In this document: piece by piece, positions 14,608 through 28,763 of the stretch
How the letters are laid out: each line of letters starts with the position of its first letter
Numbering within the stretch: position 1 is the stretch's first letter
NCBI GenBank assembly: GCA_021613535.1
Contig: CP075494.1
Coordinates: forward strand, 7,130,001 to 7,194,000
Source of the DNA: Adineta vaga
Taxonomy: Eukaryota > Animalia > Rotifera
DNA: 64,000 bases
Reading direction: 5' to 3'
Made by a program: the position numbers and the translations under genes
The notes under the pieces: generated by a model
The model's input: only the letters and a program-made list of their open reading frames with translations
What the model was told of the DNA's origin: nothing
The model's database searches: none

Positions 14608-15413
14608 AGTTTCGTAATATCAAAAGATGAGTAGTAAATGAGATAAATTCTGGGTTTATGTCGAATATCTAATCATATGCATTACTCGAAGAAAAAAGAC
14701 TCAATCTGATTGATTCATGGTGATGATGTATAAGATGCAAAGCGAATGGCAATAGATGTCGTTAAATATAGAGAATTTTTCTTCTTGATGTTCAAATATG
14801 CTAGAATTAAGTTACTACTAGTAATTATTCGTAACATGTCTAGATTTTCGTAATAATGATTAACTACAAGATCCATGAGGCAATTCATAGATTTGATTGT
14901 TTACGTTAGGTCGGATGCTTTTTCAAGCTGATGAAATCAACTCTACTTATTTTATCGATTCACAATAACGAATCTGTGTTGACTAAGGGAGCAATAAGAG
15001 ACTGATGGGAACATCCTTCAAACACACAGCAGTTAATATTTAAAAATATGAAGCTATTCAGAAGAGGAATAATGCATACCTATATCATCAAACTAATCGT
15101 TTGAAAAAAGATCAAAGCACTTCTCGATAACCTTCAAGAAAATTTAATGTACGTGTCAGGGTTATATATGACATAACTTTTTAGTTCTATGTCACGCACA
15201 TTATTAGATTTGTATGAATGTGTGATGTACAATCAACTACTTATTGAATATGAGAACTTCTAGTGAAATAGATATCTATATCCACTTTTCTTCTTTACAA
15301 AGATTCATTTAGACATACTGTTTTGAAATAAGAAAAAAACAAACTATAAAAATTTTATTAATACATAAATACGAAACTACATATTTTTGCTTTTTCTCTT
15401 TCATGAATATTAG

Positions 15414-17333
15414 TTATAAATGTTCAGAATAGAATTGACTATTTTGAGAAATACTATCATCCGATACGATATCAATGACTGGTTGTTGTGGATGTCGAAT
15501 ATCCAATGCTGGAGAATCGGCAAACATTGGATTATAAAGTTTACGTTTATTATTCGATGTTTCATCATTAAAATATGCATAATTTTGATATGGATAAGGT
15601 GGTACATTCATATTAGCTCCATGTGTAATAACCGATTCGATTACAACAGGATTACTATCGATTATTTGCTTATGATGTTGCCGACGACGACGTGTTGCTT
15701 CAGCTATCGTTGTAGTTGGTGATGTTTGAGAAAGATGACAACAAAAAACTGGTCTACCTTGTTTCCATCGAATGAATAAAATAATACATACAGTAATAAC
15801 TATGAGAATAATAATACTAAAAACAATTCCCAGAATAATTTCAATTGTACGCGTTTTTATTCGACGGGAAGTTCTTGGTGATGATAGAGATTTATCCATT
15901 TGTTTTGTATGATTTAATGAACCAGGTTCACAATAATCTAATGAACAATCAATCGATGATTTTGAACAAGCATATTGAAATTGCTTGTCACTTAAAGAAT
16001 CAAATGATTGAATCGTATTATTATTTAAACAATGACCAGATAATTGTAATCCTTTTTTTCTGGCAATCGGAAGCCAACACGATGTACAATTCAATGAAAC
16101 ATGTTCTATATGAAAAATCTGTAAACCAGTTATTTGAATGAATATACAAGCATCAAAATGAAATAAATTTGTACTTGATAAATCAAGATATTGTAATGAT
16201 TTAAGATATTTAAATGAATCTTGGATAATACCTAGAAAAAAAACAAAGTTCATTATCACGTTATTCAACTTTTTAAATAGTGATTGAAAAAGAAAAAAAG
16301 ACGACATTCTTAGAGTTTCTCACTCGAAAAATTGAATACGTTTATGCAAGCTTTAAGCAGTTTTTATTTTCAGAAGAACTCCTTTATTTTCAAGTGTTGA
16401 AAGGTATATGATTATATTCTCTAGAAAGGAAATGAATAGATAATATCTTTCATCATTCAATCTTATGTAAACATGGACTGTAGTTGATGTTATAGAGCTG
16501 TATATTGAATCGATGTTGTTTTAAAGTAATCATACTCTCAAGCGGATTAATCCCTTTGTGTTTAAGTGGTTGTGTGTTTTTGAATATGAAAAACCAAAAC
16601 AAACATATCCCAACAGAATTGAATACTTCGTTTACTTACAGTTTAAATCTCTATTTGAAGCTAATGATAACCATGTTAGATTATTTAAACTAGTTAGAGC
16701 AAATCTTGGTATACTGGAAAGTCTATTGAATGATAAATCAAGTTTAATCAAAGAAGTCCATTGTTGAATAGTATTTGGAAATGTATTTAGTTGATTACGA
16801 GATAAATTGAATTCTTTTAGATTAGGTAATTGAATATGATCGAAATGATTCAATGAAATTAATTCATTTGATGCGAGATTAATTTTTTCTAAATGAATCA
16901 ATTTAGAATTTAACCATGTTGATGAAACATTTTGTAATAGATTCATTTCTAAATTCAATTCAATAAGAATATCAGCAATTGAATCGAATGTATTATTATG
17001 AATATATGTGATCGAATTTGAATTTAATAATAAACGTTTCATACGTAATGAAAGAAGTTTTGTTTCATCAAATGATTGAAAATTTCGCGATGAAAAATCA
17101 ATTGTTTCCCATAGAATGGTTTCGACACAATTGGCAATAAATGGTAAATCAAGTAGATAATGTGAACAATTTAATATCAATTGTTGTGAAGGACAATGAC
17201 ATGCTGTCGTTTGACAATAGGTACATATTTGTGTTGTTGATTTGGTCGTCATTTCTATGGAATTGGATGTAATATCATGAATGAAATTTGTTGTTAATAA
17301 TACAAAGAAAACGATGAAATTCGTTTGAGACAT
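15414..17333 (-). CDS. Single-pass LRR transmembrane protein (signal peptide, LRRNT, LRRs, LRRCT, TM, cytoplasmic tail), 2 exons
   Basis: ORFs 16632-17333 and 15414-16307 are joined by a ~400 nt intron (gtaagt...ctag). Multiple LxxLxLxxN repeats, a TM segment IILGIVFSIIILIVITVCIILFI, and a tail with PPYPY and NPMF. Confidence 0.8.
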
Positions 17334-17627
17334 TGAGTATAATCACAAAAGAAAACAAATGCTTTGTTACACTTGTACAAAGAATTACGGAAAAGAAAAA
17401 AGAAAGTTAAGCTGATGAATGCGGACTAGTATTGTCTGTATTAAAAGAACGTAAGAAGAAGAAAGAAGGAAAAAAAAGGAATAAAGAGAGAAAGAGAAAA
17501 AAAATGTTGGTCAAGAGTTCATCGTTTAATGGAAGAACGAATGTGACCGAATGAAGGTAGATATGTATGTATCGAAGCATATGAAGTATTGAACGGGATT
17601 TAATTGAAAAGAAATAAATATGTAGTC

Positions 17628-17646
17628 CTATATATATATATATATA
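17628..17646. repeat. (TA)n microsatellite
   Basis: About 9 TA units. Confidence 0.8.
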
Positions 17647-18249
17647 TTCAACGATGATTTTAGTTGATAATAATAGTAATATGATAGAAAAATTCTATTG
17701 ATTTTATTTGGTGTTCAATGACATTGAGGATGAAACAGATGGGACAAGGTAACCATTTGGTACATGAAAAAGAGTGCACAAAAAAAAAAGAAATGAAGAT
17801 TCATCATGGATTTTAATCTGAATGAAAAGAAGAAGAAAAAGAACAAAAGGATGTGATAGCGTGAAGCTGAATGTAAACTTTGGAAAACTGTGAAAGAAAA
17901 TGATGGTATTGAGGAAGGATAATAATATCCCTTGTCGTTTTCAAGAAGAAATCGTATTAAAAAGAATATTATTGAGATAAAAGATATGAGATGATAAATC
18001 GTTGTTCAGATGTTTTATAAAGTTAAAATAATACGTAGATTATGTAATGTCAATATTAGCTATTCATGACCGAAGTGATCATGTCTTTAAAAGAAAAAAT
18101 TGTTAAATTAATATAAAACTTTGTCATCGATTGAATCATTTCTATTAGAAAAATTGATTTTATTTCTCCATTATATTTTACAACTAACAGACAATTAATT
18201 TGAATTAAATTATGACAAAAAATCGAAATAATACAAGGTTTATTCATTT

Positions 18250-20045
18250 TCATGCATTGGAACGTTTTCTTAATTTAACAAGTACAGCATTTGGTTGAAT
18301 TACAAGTCTTTCCTCTAGTCGAAAACCTTCTTCGATTCCATCACCAGGTAAGATTTCATATTCTCGAAGTAATCGAATCAAACACATCTTCAATTCCATC
18401 AAAGCAAATCTCATTCCAATACAATTTCGTGGACCAACACCGAATGGCATCCATGCAACTGGATGTCGTTTCTCAACATGTCTTTCTGGATAGAAAATAG
18501 TTGGATCTTCAGGACCCCAAAGGTCAGGATTGTAATGAATCGAGAAGACATCGGGTTGAATGACACTACCTAGAAAAAAAAAAGACGCAGATATCGATGA
18601 GTAAAGAAAGGAGAGCAAGATGTTGGACAAACCTTTCTCAACCGTATGACCACACACAGTAGCAGTTGTGTTACACTCACGCATCATTCCTTTCGTAGCA
18701 ATAGGATACATTCGAAGAACTTCACGTATGAATAAATCGAGATATCGAAGACTAATTGCAGTCTCATACATAGTTACTTCGTCTCTATGATTCCAATCGA
18801 TTTGATCAATCTCTTGGCGTAATTGTTGTTGAACATGAGGTTTTGTAGCAAGTATATAGGTAGAATATGCAAGTGCAGTTGAAGTTGTTTCATAACCAGC
18901 AATCATAAAGAGAAAGACATTACTTACAACTTCATCGGAATGTAATACTTTTGTCGTCGTTTGTTCATCGATATTATCCTAAAATAAAAAGTCTATTTTT
19001 TGTACAGAATTTTATAAAATATTATCAGAAACTTGAAATTTGAGCCAACATGAAATAGAAGCGACTTACTTTCACTTCTCCATCAGTTGAAGCATCGATC
19101 ATTAATTGTAACAGATCTATACGTTTCATTAATGATTTCTTTCGAAAATTAACAACATCTTTAAGACGATTTATTAACCATGAACCAGGTGTTTCTTCAA
19201 TATAATTTGTTAGAAATGGCATCAATCTTATCAACATTCGACAAACAGTGATTTGACAAAGATAAAAATAACGAAAAGGTTTCACAAAAAATGGAAATAA
19301 ATCAGTTAGTTTTACTATTGACAGTTGATCAACATCTAATTCAAATGTCCCAGCACATTTTTTCAGATATATATTATCCGTATCGTTTTGCATATCAGTA
19401 TCAATACCAAATGCACAACGACCTAAATCAAACAGATCTATCACGCTTCAATTAATATATTACGTACTTACATATAATATCCATTGTCATACGTTTATAT
19501 AACTGATATATATTCATTTCGATTGTTTGCTTCTGAACAAGACTAGATATTTTCTGCAACATAGCTTCAATGGATTCAGTTACTAATGGTGACATTAATG
19601 TAAGTTTGTTCGATGAAAATGTTGGATTAAGAACGTGTCGTTGACGACGCCATCTTGAACCAACAGCACTAAAGAGATGAATTTTATGACCTGTCTGTAA
19701 GCGTAGTATAATCGAGAGATGACGAGAGTGGAACGACGAAAATTGTTTGATATAAACTTCTTGAAGAAAATCTACATCGGATACAACATACATGGGTTTC
19801 GTGCCCATGAATAATCCATAGATAGAACCGTACTGATTTGTCCATTGTTTTAATTGCTTTGAAAATGATTTTGTTGACCAAAAATCTTTATAATGACCGA
19901 AGAAGAAACGATGTGGTGGTCCTGAAATACCACGACATTTGAAATAATCGTACGAATGACTGATGACCCATAAGTAAGTGATAATCAAACATACCAAACA
20001 CGTTACAAGCACCAGGGTACATAAGAAGTCAAAATAAGCATCCAT
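18250..20045 (-). CDS. Cytochrome P450, CYP3-clan-like, copy A, 4 exons
   Basis: N-terminal TM anchor, WRRQR helix C, AGYETT I-helix, EVLR K-helix, PERH, and heme motif FGVGPRNCIG. Confidence 0.93.
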
Positions 20046-20509
20046 GGCCTATATATACGTTACTGAAAAATCTTGTGAAAAGAACGTTCGTCCGTTTATA
20101 TAAAATTAAATGCACTTATAACTTATAAGAACGTTGCCCTACATATAGTTATATTATATATTCGTAAATGATTCATCGAAAAGATCGAATAGTAAAATGA
20201 TGCCGAATCGTGTATGGGGCGGCGAGTCACGTGTTCTGTAGACCATTTTCATTCTCTTTGTTCCACAGCATAGAATTTCTGACCTATATGTCAGTAATTC
20301 ATATTTGTTCACTTGTTTATTTTTTTGGAATATAAATTTTTCACCATTTTCTTCTATGTATCATCATCAAAAAAATGAAAACTCACCTGTTTCTCTACTA
20401 ACCATACAAAAGATAACTATAAAATCAATAAAAGTAGGCATCCATTTCGAACTATATGTATTAATTAAGATTTCAATATAAATACAAATACACATTAAAA
20501 TAGAATAAC

Positions 20510-22314
20510 TTAAGAAGAACGTTTTCTTAATTTAACAAGTATAGCATTTGGTTGAATTACGAATCTTTCCTCTAGTCGAAAACCTTCTTCGATTCCATCA
20601 CCAGGTAAGATTTCATATTCTCGAAGTAATCGAATCAAACACATCTTCAATTCCATCAAAGCAAATCTCATTCCAATACAATTTCGTGGACCAACACCGA
20701 ATGGCATCCATGCAACTGGATGTCGTTTCTCAACATGTCTTTCTGGATAGAAAATAGTTGGATCTTCAGGACCCCAAAGGTCAGGATTGTAATGAATCGA
20801 GAAGACATCGGGTTGAATGACACTACCTAGAAAAAAAAAGACGCAGATATCGATGAGTAAAGAAAGGAGAGCAAGATGTTGGACAAACCTTTCTCAATCG
20901 TATGACCACAAACATTAGTAGATATGTCACATTCACGTGTCATTGCTTTACTGCTGATAGGATACATTCGAAGAACTTCACGTATGAATAAGTCGAGATA
21001 AGTAAGATTTGCTGCCGTTTCATAAGTAAGTTCAGGTTTATGATCATTCCAATTATGTTCATTGATTTCAGCAACGAGTTGTTGTTGAATATGAGGTTTT
21101 GTAGCAAGTATATAGGTAGAATATGCAAGTGCAGTTGAAGTTGTTTCATAACCAGCGACCATGAATAAGAAAATATTAGGGATAATTTCTGTTGATTTCA
21201 ATACTTTCGACGAACCATGAGCATTTGTTTGATTCTAAACGTAGATATAATAAAAATCCATTAATAAACTGACATTCTTCGAGATCTCAAGCAATAGCTG
21301 AAATAATTCTGCTCGAGAAAGAAATCACTTTATCTAGTGAACTTACCGCAACTTCACTATCATTTGCAGCATCGATCATAAGTTGTAATAGATCAACACG
21401 TTTTTGTGAATTCAATGAAGATTTTTTGCGAAGATCAAAAACTTCTTGAACACGATTCATCAACCACATACCTGGAAGTACCGAGACATATTCACTCAAG
21501 GACGGTTTAAAATTAATTAATATTTTCTGAATATATTGCATGCCAAACACAATATCATGTATAGGTCGTGCGAAGATTGGCATCAAATTACATAATCGAA
21601 AAGGAAACAATGTTTCGACATCTGTTTTGAAAACTTCAGCTGATTTTAGTAAATACGGATTATTAATATCATTTTGCATATCAGTATCAATACCAAATGC
21701 ACAACGACCTAAATATGAAAGGAAACAATAGACATCTAAATGAGAATATTTTACTTACAAATAACATCCATTGTTAATCGTTTGTATAATTCATAAATAT
21801 TAATTTCCTTATTCTCATCGGTTATTTCATGAGAAAGTTTGTTCATTAATGCTTCAATACAACCATTGATTAGTGGAGACATTAATTTTAATTTTGCAGA
21901 TGAAAATGTTGGATTGATGACATGTCTTTGACGACGCCATGTTTCTCCATTGGAACGAAAAAGATGAACAATTCCATCACTTCGCACACGTAGAATACTT
22001 GGTATGAGTCGAGTATTAAATGATGAGAATTGTTTGATATAAACTTCTTGAAGAAAATCTACATCGGATACAACATACATGGGTTTCGTGCCCATGAATA
22101 ATCCATAGATAGAACCGTACTGATTTGTCCATTGTTTTAATTGCTTTGAAAATGATTTTGTTGACCAAAAATCTTTATAATGGCCGAAGAAGAAACGATG
22201 TGGTGGTCCTGAAATACCACGACGTTTGAAATAATCGTAAGCATTATTTGTTCTCCATAAATACAATGCAATTAGACAAACCACAATCGAACTAAGAGTA
22301 AGTGTTATAAACAT
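20510..22314 (-). CDS. Cytochrome P450, CYP3-clan-like, copy B (tandem paralogue), 4 exons
   Basis: Same motif set and intron positions as copy A. Confidence 0.93.
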
Positions 22315-23277
22315 TTCTTTTAATAGACTGTCCTCACTAGTTGTTTATTTGTCGGTTCAGAGTCGAAACGAAAAGTAGACAAATCGACTGACACACACAC
22401 ATACATAAACACGCATGAAAGAGAGAAGGAAAGAAAAGAAAGAAAAAAAAGAAATAGATATGATCTGATGTATAACACAGATCGTAGCAATTTCTGTTTA
22501 AAAATCGAAAGATTGATATGTGTGTTGTTATTAAGTACAACATTGTGTGTGATCATATACGGCTCTTAATAAAATCCGTGATACTCAACATGAAAGACTG
22601 GGAAATCGTAGAAAGTTTATAAAAATATTCGACAAAAAAAAATCAACTACGTGAAACAATGAATAGTTCGAATAATTTTGTATGATATTTTACTAAAACA
22701 GAATCATTATTTCACAGATATTTTTCAATAAACGTTTTTTTGGCGTTTTTCTTTTGACATAGTAGATTTAAATCGTAAGAGAAAGACGTGCTTTTTTCTT
22801 GATTTTTATCTTTTTTTTCACTCTATCAAGGTAAAATATTTTCAGGTATCAAAGAACGTTAAAACGAATATTGTTTTCTTTTCTTCTCTTTTGTGAACCA
22901 CGATCTGAAAGAGAGTGTTGAAATGTTTATGGGCATAAATTTGGTTCGCCTCCCGTCAGAGACGTGACCGACAAACTCGATAACTTCACCTATGCCAGCT
23001 TTCGACCCCCATCTCACCAGATACCAAACGAATGACGTATTGTATGACAGACAACTACCGATATGGTCAAACACTCATTAGACATCACTCTATTTCGTCA
23101 ACTACAACAAAAAATGATCAACCATTACGGACGCAGCATGAGTCTTATGTACTACAAATCACAGTGGATTAAAAGATTGCTTAATACCCGGTAGCAACAA
23201 TTTCATCGTGTTTCAAATTTTTAATTCCGCCAGGGATTACGCTGACCAGTTTTTTCATTTGTTATCAAATAAAAGAT

Positions 23278-24388
23278 ATGACGACTAACGGTAAATATCA
23301 ATCTGAAAAACGTGTAAAACGATGTAAAATATGTTCCACAATATCAAGCAGTGCATTTGATGCTGAAGCTCAAGATCTTATTCAACAATGAGAAAAATTA
23401 TCAAATGAAATCAATAAATTTGAACATGATCATCAGACCTATTTAACTCAATTACAAAATGTTGAAAAACTTAAAAAAGAATTCAAAATCTAACTGCATC
23501 GATTGATGTTCATCAATCCTTAATTGCTGTAGCAAATAATTATAAACAACAAGTGGAGAACAATTCCGATCTATTATGTATTCGTCGTGATAGTGAAAAG
23601 AAAAGAGAAACACCAGAAGAACGTCTTACTCGTTTAAGTACAATTCATGAACATTTAACAAAACAACGTTCAGATTATTTAAAAAGAATTCAGTATACAT
23701 TACCACAACCACCTGAAATATATTTACGTATTATTCTTGGAAGTGAATTACCTGCATCGATTTTAGATAAATCAGAACAATGGAAATATAAAGAAAGTTA
23801 TGAACAATTTAAATTACATGTAATATTAATTCTTATGATTATATCATTATTAATGTCAACAATAATTCCAATTAATCGTGCATTAGATGCACTTTTCCAT
23901 TTTCTACTTGTTTGGTATTATTGTGCATTAACAATTTGTGAATCATTTCTTGTTGTTAATGGTTCAAAAATATAAGTCTTGTACAAGTACTTTTATATTA
24001 TTATCGACGAGGTCTTCTTTATCGTTTAAGAGTATTAGGTGATTCAGATGAATTACAAGTATCCATTCGGAGGTTTTCAATCATGGATGTTACGTGGTCT
24101 TTCCTTTCTTTTCATTGGATATCCATTTGAATTATATAATGCTTATGTTCTTTTTAAGATCTCAATGGATCCAAAAATTGAACCCAATCCTGATTGACAA
24201 TTTATGTTGAAGATTCTTTCGATAATATTTTTTGTTTTATTCTTACGAAATTTTATTACAATGTATATGGTTATTTGATGTAAAATTCGTGAACGTATTT
24301 TCATGATATTCAATGGTTACAACATCGTTATGAAAGTGTGAAAACATTAATCCATCGTGTTCGATCAGCCACAACATTTCATAGATAA
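23278..24388 (+). pseudogene. TMEM120: TMEM120 (TMPIT/TACAN) pseudogene with no visible introns, carrying stops, frameshifts and an internal deletion
   Basis: YLRIILGSELPASIL..WKYKESYEQFKL..DALFHFLLVWYYCALTICESFLVVNGSKI*, then QVLLYYYRRGLLYRLRVLG and GFQSWMLRGL..FLFIGYPFELYNAYVLF in shifted frames. Upstream in-frame TGA and TAA stops. Confidence 0.85.
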
Positions 24389-25635
24389 AACGATGTTTTT
24401 TCTTATTTCCAAATAATATCATTAGTTTTACAAATCAAATTTCATTTATGCAACATTTAGATATTATGTCAAGAAACATAATTAGGTATTGTAATTCTAA
24501 ACATATCTCAAACGATGTTGATGGAAAGTTGAAGATGTAGTTTCAATCTTTGATTCATACTCGCTATACAGTTGCAAATACTTGCTCGCAAACATTTCAC
24601 TTCAACTTCTAAAGTTGATTTTGTAATGACATCGAGAGTAGAAAGTGGCACTACATGGCATTAGAAAGTTATACTACTTATCCGTATGTTTGTAAAGAGA
24701 TGATTTCTACCAGATCCATGAAAACGGTCAAGTTCACAATGTGGAAGGGGAACGTTAACGTTTTAAAAACGGCATGCTTACGGTTCGATATGATAGTTCA
24801 TTTTGCACAGTATTGACATTGTCTTAGGTTCTAAATAATCTGAGTTTTGGTCGTTTGTAGGAAACCACTTAATCCTGATTGGAATTTTAAAATTAGTGTT
24901 TGGCATGAAAATGATATATACAATTGGACAAGTAAGAAATTTCAAAAAATAAATCTTTTAACACTATTTACACTAAATGATTCAGCATGGCTTGATGTGA
25001 AAGATCATTGTATTATAATCAATACTGCTGATGTAAGCGATGACACTGGACTCATACATATCTAAGTCAATATGTATCTTCTAAATCGAATATATATATA
25101 TGGCATTAGACTTAAACTATTCACGATATTTTTCATAGACGAAGTTATGTCACATTAATAAATTCAATTTATCTGACGAATTAATTAGAGATTATTTCTT
25201 CGAAATTATCACAATTCACAACAGCACTAACTACTACAAATAATGATATTTTTATTGAAGATGTACATAGTATATCTACTTCTCCATTAAAAATGGATAA
25301 GATTCAATTGCAAACTATTCCATTAATATATTTCAAATTAGTGTATAAAATTATAAAGCAAGACATGTAACAAATAATGAAATTGTTATAAGTAATACTG
25401 AAAATATTCATGTATTTTCTTGTCTTTCATCGCCTATTATTGATTTATGAAATCGCTAATCTTCGCTATTTTCTAAAAAAAAAGGATATAGAAACTTTGT
25501 TCGATCTCCACTAGCATTGATTAATTCAATGAGTGTTAAACAATATGAAAATGATTTTACAAATTATTTTATTCAAAAAACAAAATACAAAAGAAACGAA
25601 ATCTATTATTATTTGCACTCTAAATAGTATTTATT

Positions 25636-27394
25636 CTATCGACGATACATTATAAAATCCTTGAGAAAGTTTTCCGAATCGATCATTTCCGGTAAACTTT
25701 CAAGTTTATCTTGAGATTCTTCATTAGCATTGACACAAATTGTTTTAGTATGATAATTATTTGCTATCTCAATTTTCCATAAAGTGCAGCTGATGATTTC
25801 TTCAACACTATGGTTACCAATCTGTTGTAATTCAATAAATTTGATACGTGAAAAAAGACCCATAATAACAAACAATTCTCCGATGTCAAGTATATCTCTA
25901 AGAAAGAATAAAACATATCGGAATTATCATGAACTAGAAGGAATTTATCTAGGTAAGGGAAGGATATTACTTTCATTGAATCGAGATTGGGTAATAAATT
26001 TAGGATTTTTAAAAAAAGTATTAGGAGTTATCTCGCTACAGTCGATATTTAACATATTAAATAAAGGAACAATTTTATTAATAAATGGCTGATTTTCTTT
26101 GATGTGAAGATTACTTCTAATGTTAATATAAGCACCTGGATAATGATCTATTGAAGAACTAGAATGATCCAAAAATTCTTGAAAATCATGATAGAAATTT
26201 CTGAAACGACAAACGACAAAAATATTTATTAGGATAACAAAATGACTTTTCAAATATACCTTGAAGGACGCATTGAATAGATTATTTTATCTTTAATAAC
26301 AAAGATTTTAAATAACTATTGTCTTTTAAGATAAAATGATGAGATGAAATGATTGATTAATATATGACAAGGTTTAATTTCAAAATCATTATCGATAACA
26401 TCAGTATAACAAAAGATAAATTTACTTAAACAAGGTATATATTGTGAGATAAGATATTTCCAGTGAATCCCATTTAAATAATTCCTGTCTGAATCATTAA
26501 TTGTAATACTTAATATTCTTAATTGAGAAGATAATTTTATAATAAATTTTTCAACTTTATCAAATCTAACAAGATTTATAGATATATTTAAGTGTTGTAA
26601 ATAATTTCATTTCATTATTCTCTCTGGTATAATATCATTTTCTGATTCAGTTACATTAGAACAACATAAATGAGTAAGTCGAGGTGTATAAGAAAGTAAA
26701 CTAATTAATTCATTAAGAGTTAAACGATGATAAATAATTAGATATTCAATAGATGATAATTGTTCGTTTGTAGCAAGTGATATATTGAGATTTAATTGTT
26801 GATAATTTAATATATTTAATTTAAAATATTTTAAGTATGGTAAGTGAAAAATAATTTGATAAATATGTTCAAGATCATCATCACAATGATCAAGAAAAAT
26901 AGTAAGAGAGAAAAGATTTGATAGAAGTTTTAAACAAGAAAGAAGTTTTATCAATTGAAATGTTGTGATTTCATCAAGAATCATTGATTGTAGACAATCG
27001 AATGGTGCATCAATAGTAAGTAATGTATTGAATTTAGTAATGAATGATTCATTATCAGAATGAAGTGAAATGATTTGATATTTATTTGAATCGATTATAT
27101 GTTTACAACGATCTTCGAATATTGATTTTGATTCCGAAGAGAATCGAATATTTAAAAGATATGATGAAGTACTAAGAAGATTTTCAAAACGATTATTCAA
27201 ATTTGAAAATGCTCTATAAATATCTTGACAAAGAAGACCATCAAAAATTTCATAAAAAATATCATTTGATAAATGTTCAATTGAACGAAATGATTTTCTG
27301 CCCAGAAAGAATAATGTATATAAACAACATGAATTATATTTATAAACTTACTCGGTAATTTTACATTTAGAGATGGATACATTGATTGGTTCAT
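25636..27394 (-). pseudogene. F-box/LRR-like gene (lineage-expanded type), pseudogene copy 1
   Basis: IEHLSNDIFYEIFDGLLCQDIYRAFSNLNNRFENLL F-box-like start. In-frame TGA at 26607-26609, after which the frame continues (NYLQHLNIS..YLNGIHWKYLISQYIPCLSKF), then a TAG and a frameshift near 26010. Confidence 0.75.
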
Positions 27395-27500
27395 CTTTGT
27401 TTGAAAATTATATATTATTTAGAAAATAATAATATAAGTGGTCAGAGTCAGAAGTTTATTTTGTCTTTCTTTCATGCACACAATATGATTCTTTGATCCC

Positions 27501-27637
27501 AACAGACAGAAAAAATGAATTAACCAATATGATTGACGTATTATGAGATAAACCATCTTTTTTAGACGATTTATCTCATAATGCGCCAATCGAACGTCTT
27601 ATTTCAGTTTTATCGTTAATTCACTTTTCTGTCTGTT
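27501..27637. repeat. Nested inverted repeat / hairpin
   Basis: Inner 27 bp arms at 27531-27557 and 27565-27591 (23/27 Watson-Crick). Outer arms 27501-27524 (aacagacagaaaaaatgaattaac) and 27615-27637 (gttaattcacttttctgtctgtt). Confidence 0.85.
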
Positions 27638-28204
27638 CGAGCTCTTTGTTCGATTAAGATAATATACTCACACTTTTCCGCCAATGAATATACCATATAC
27701 TCACTTCAATAAATAAAAAGGGGACGCTCATAGTGCCAACCTACTTTCAGATATTTGTTTCACAGTGAAAAAGATGGAAAAAATGCACAATTTTTTTTCC
27801 ACAATAGTTTTGATTTTAGTATAATGATAATTGAATTGTATTTCAGATACAAAGATATTAAAGATAAATATGAGTAACTTATTGAGTGAAAAATTCTTAT
27901 TACAAATATCTCATGAATTATTAATAAATAATTACAGATGCTTTCGCATATGAATAGACGATTTTATTTTTAATTAAATTAGAGGTTAACATAAAAGTTA
28001 ATCTGTAATTGAATGCTATTTTTTTCATTATAATCTATAATTAAAATTATTAATAATATAAAGAACGTTACATGCATTCTTGTTGTTTGTATAAAACATA
28101 TAATATATTGAAATTTTCAATTTACGAGTGTTGCTTTGAAAGATGTCTACATAGTACATTTTTTTCGCCTTGTCTTGAGAAAAAAATAATATATAAAAAA
28201 ATTT

Positions 28205-28253
28205 GTGTTCAGCTCTATCGTGTCTTGTGCTACAGGACAGGACCGGACGCCCT
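28205..28253 (-). mobile_element. Solo DNA-transposon/MITE-like end
   Basis: GC-rich minus-strand CAGGGCGTCCGGTCCTGTCCTGT with short subterminal repeats in AT-rich DNA. No partner end was found. Confidence 0.35.
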
Positions 28254-28763
28254 GCTCTACATAACAAAGAGACTGTTTAAATATGTTTTTAAGATGAGGA
28301 TTTAAAAAACCATATTTCTTATACTCACATCACAATAGTTTTTTCTTTCGTTTTCCAGTTTTAAAACAGAGTTCAAGAGATAGTTCTTATAGGCGAAGAC
28401 CAAAAAAACCTGGAGATATCATCAGGATGTTTTTTCTATCTTGACCTGTTTTGAGAAAGAAGTGATGCGTAAAACAAATTCGTCCTCTATTCTGTACTGC
28501 AGGGCATCAGAGGTAATTATAAAGAAAAACTGGTGCTCGAAGTAGGCATCGACAAAGTTGGTTTCAGGATTAAGACTTCGACCATTGTTTTTCTGCCAAA
28601 AATTCACTATAGTTTTTCCTATTTTTTACTTTTTCTCGATTAAAAGTCTTTAAAATCGTCTATTGCTATAAACAATGTTGGTAAAATTTCTTTATTGAAC
28701 CGTAGTTCCATGTCGAATAATCTAATTCTCTCAATATTTTCTATGAATTTGTGAATATACGAC

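Noticed and set aside
24520-24705. Possible C-type-lectin-like fragment (YPYVCKE)
   Set aside because: A single short motif with no coherent frame.
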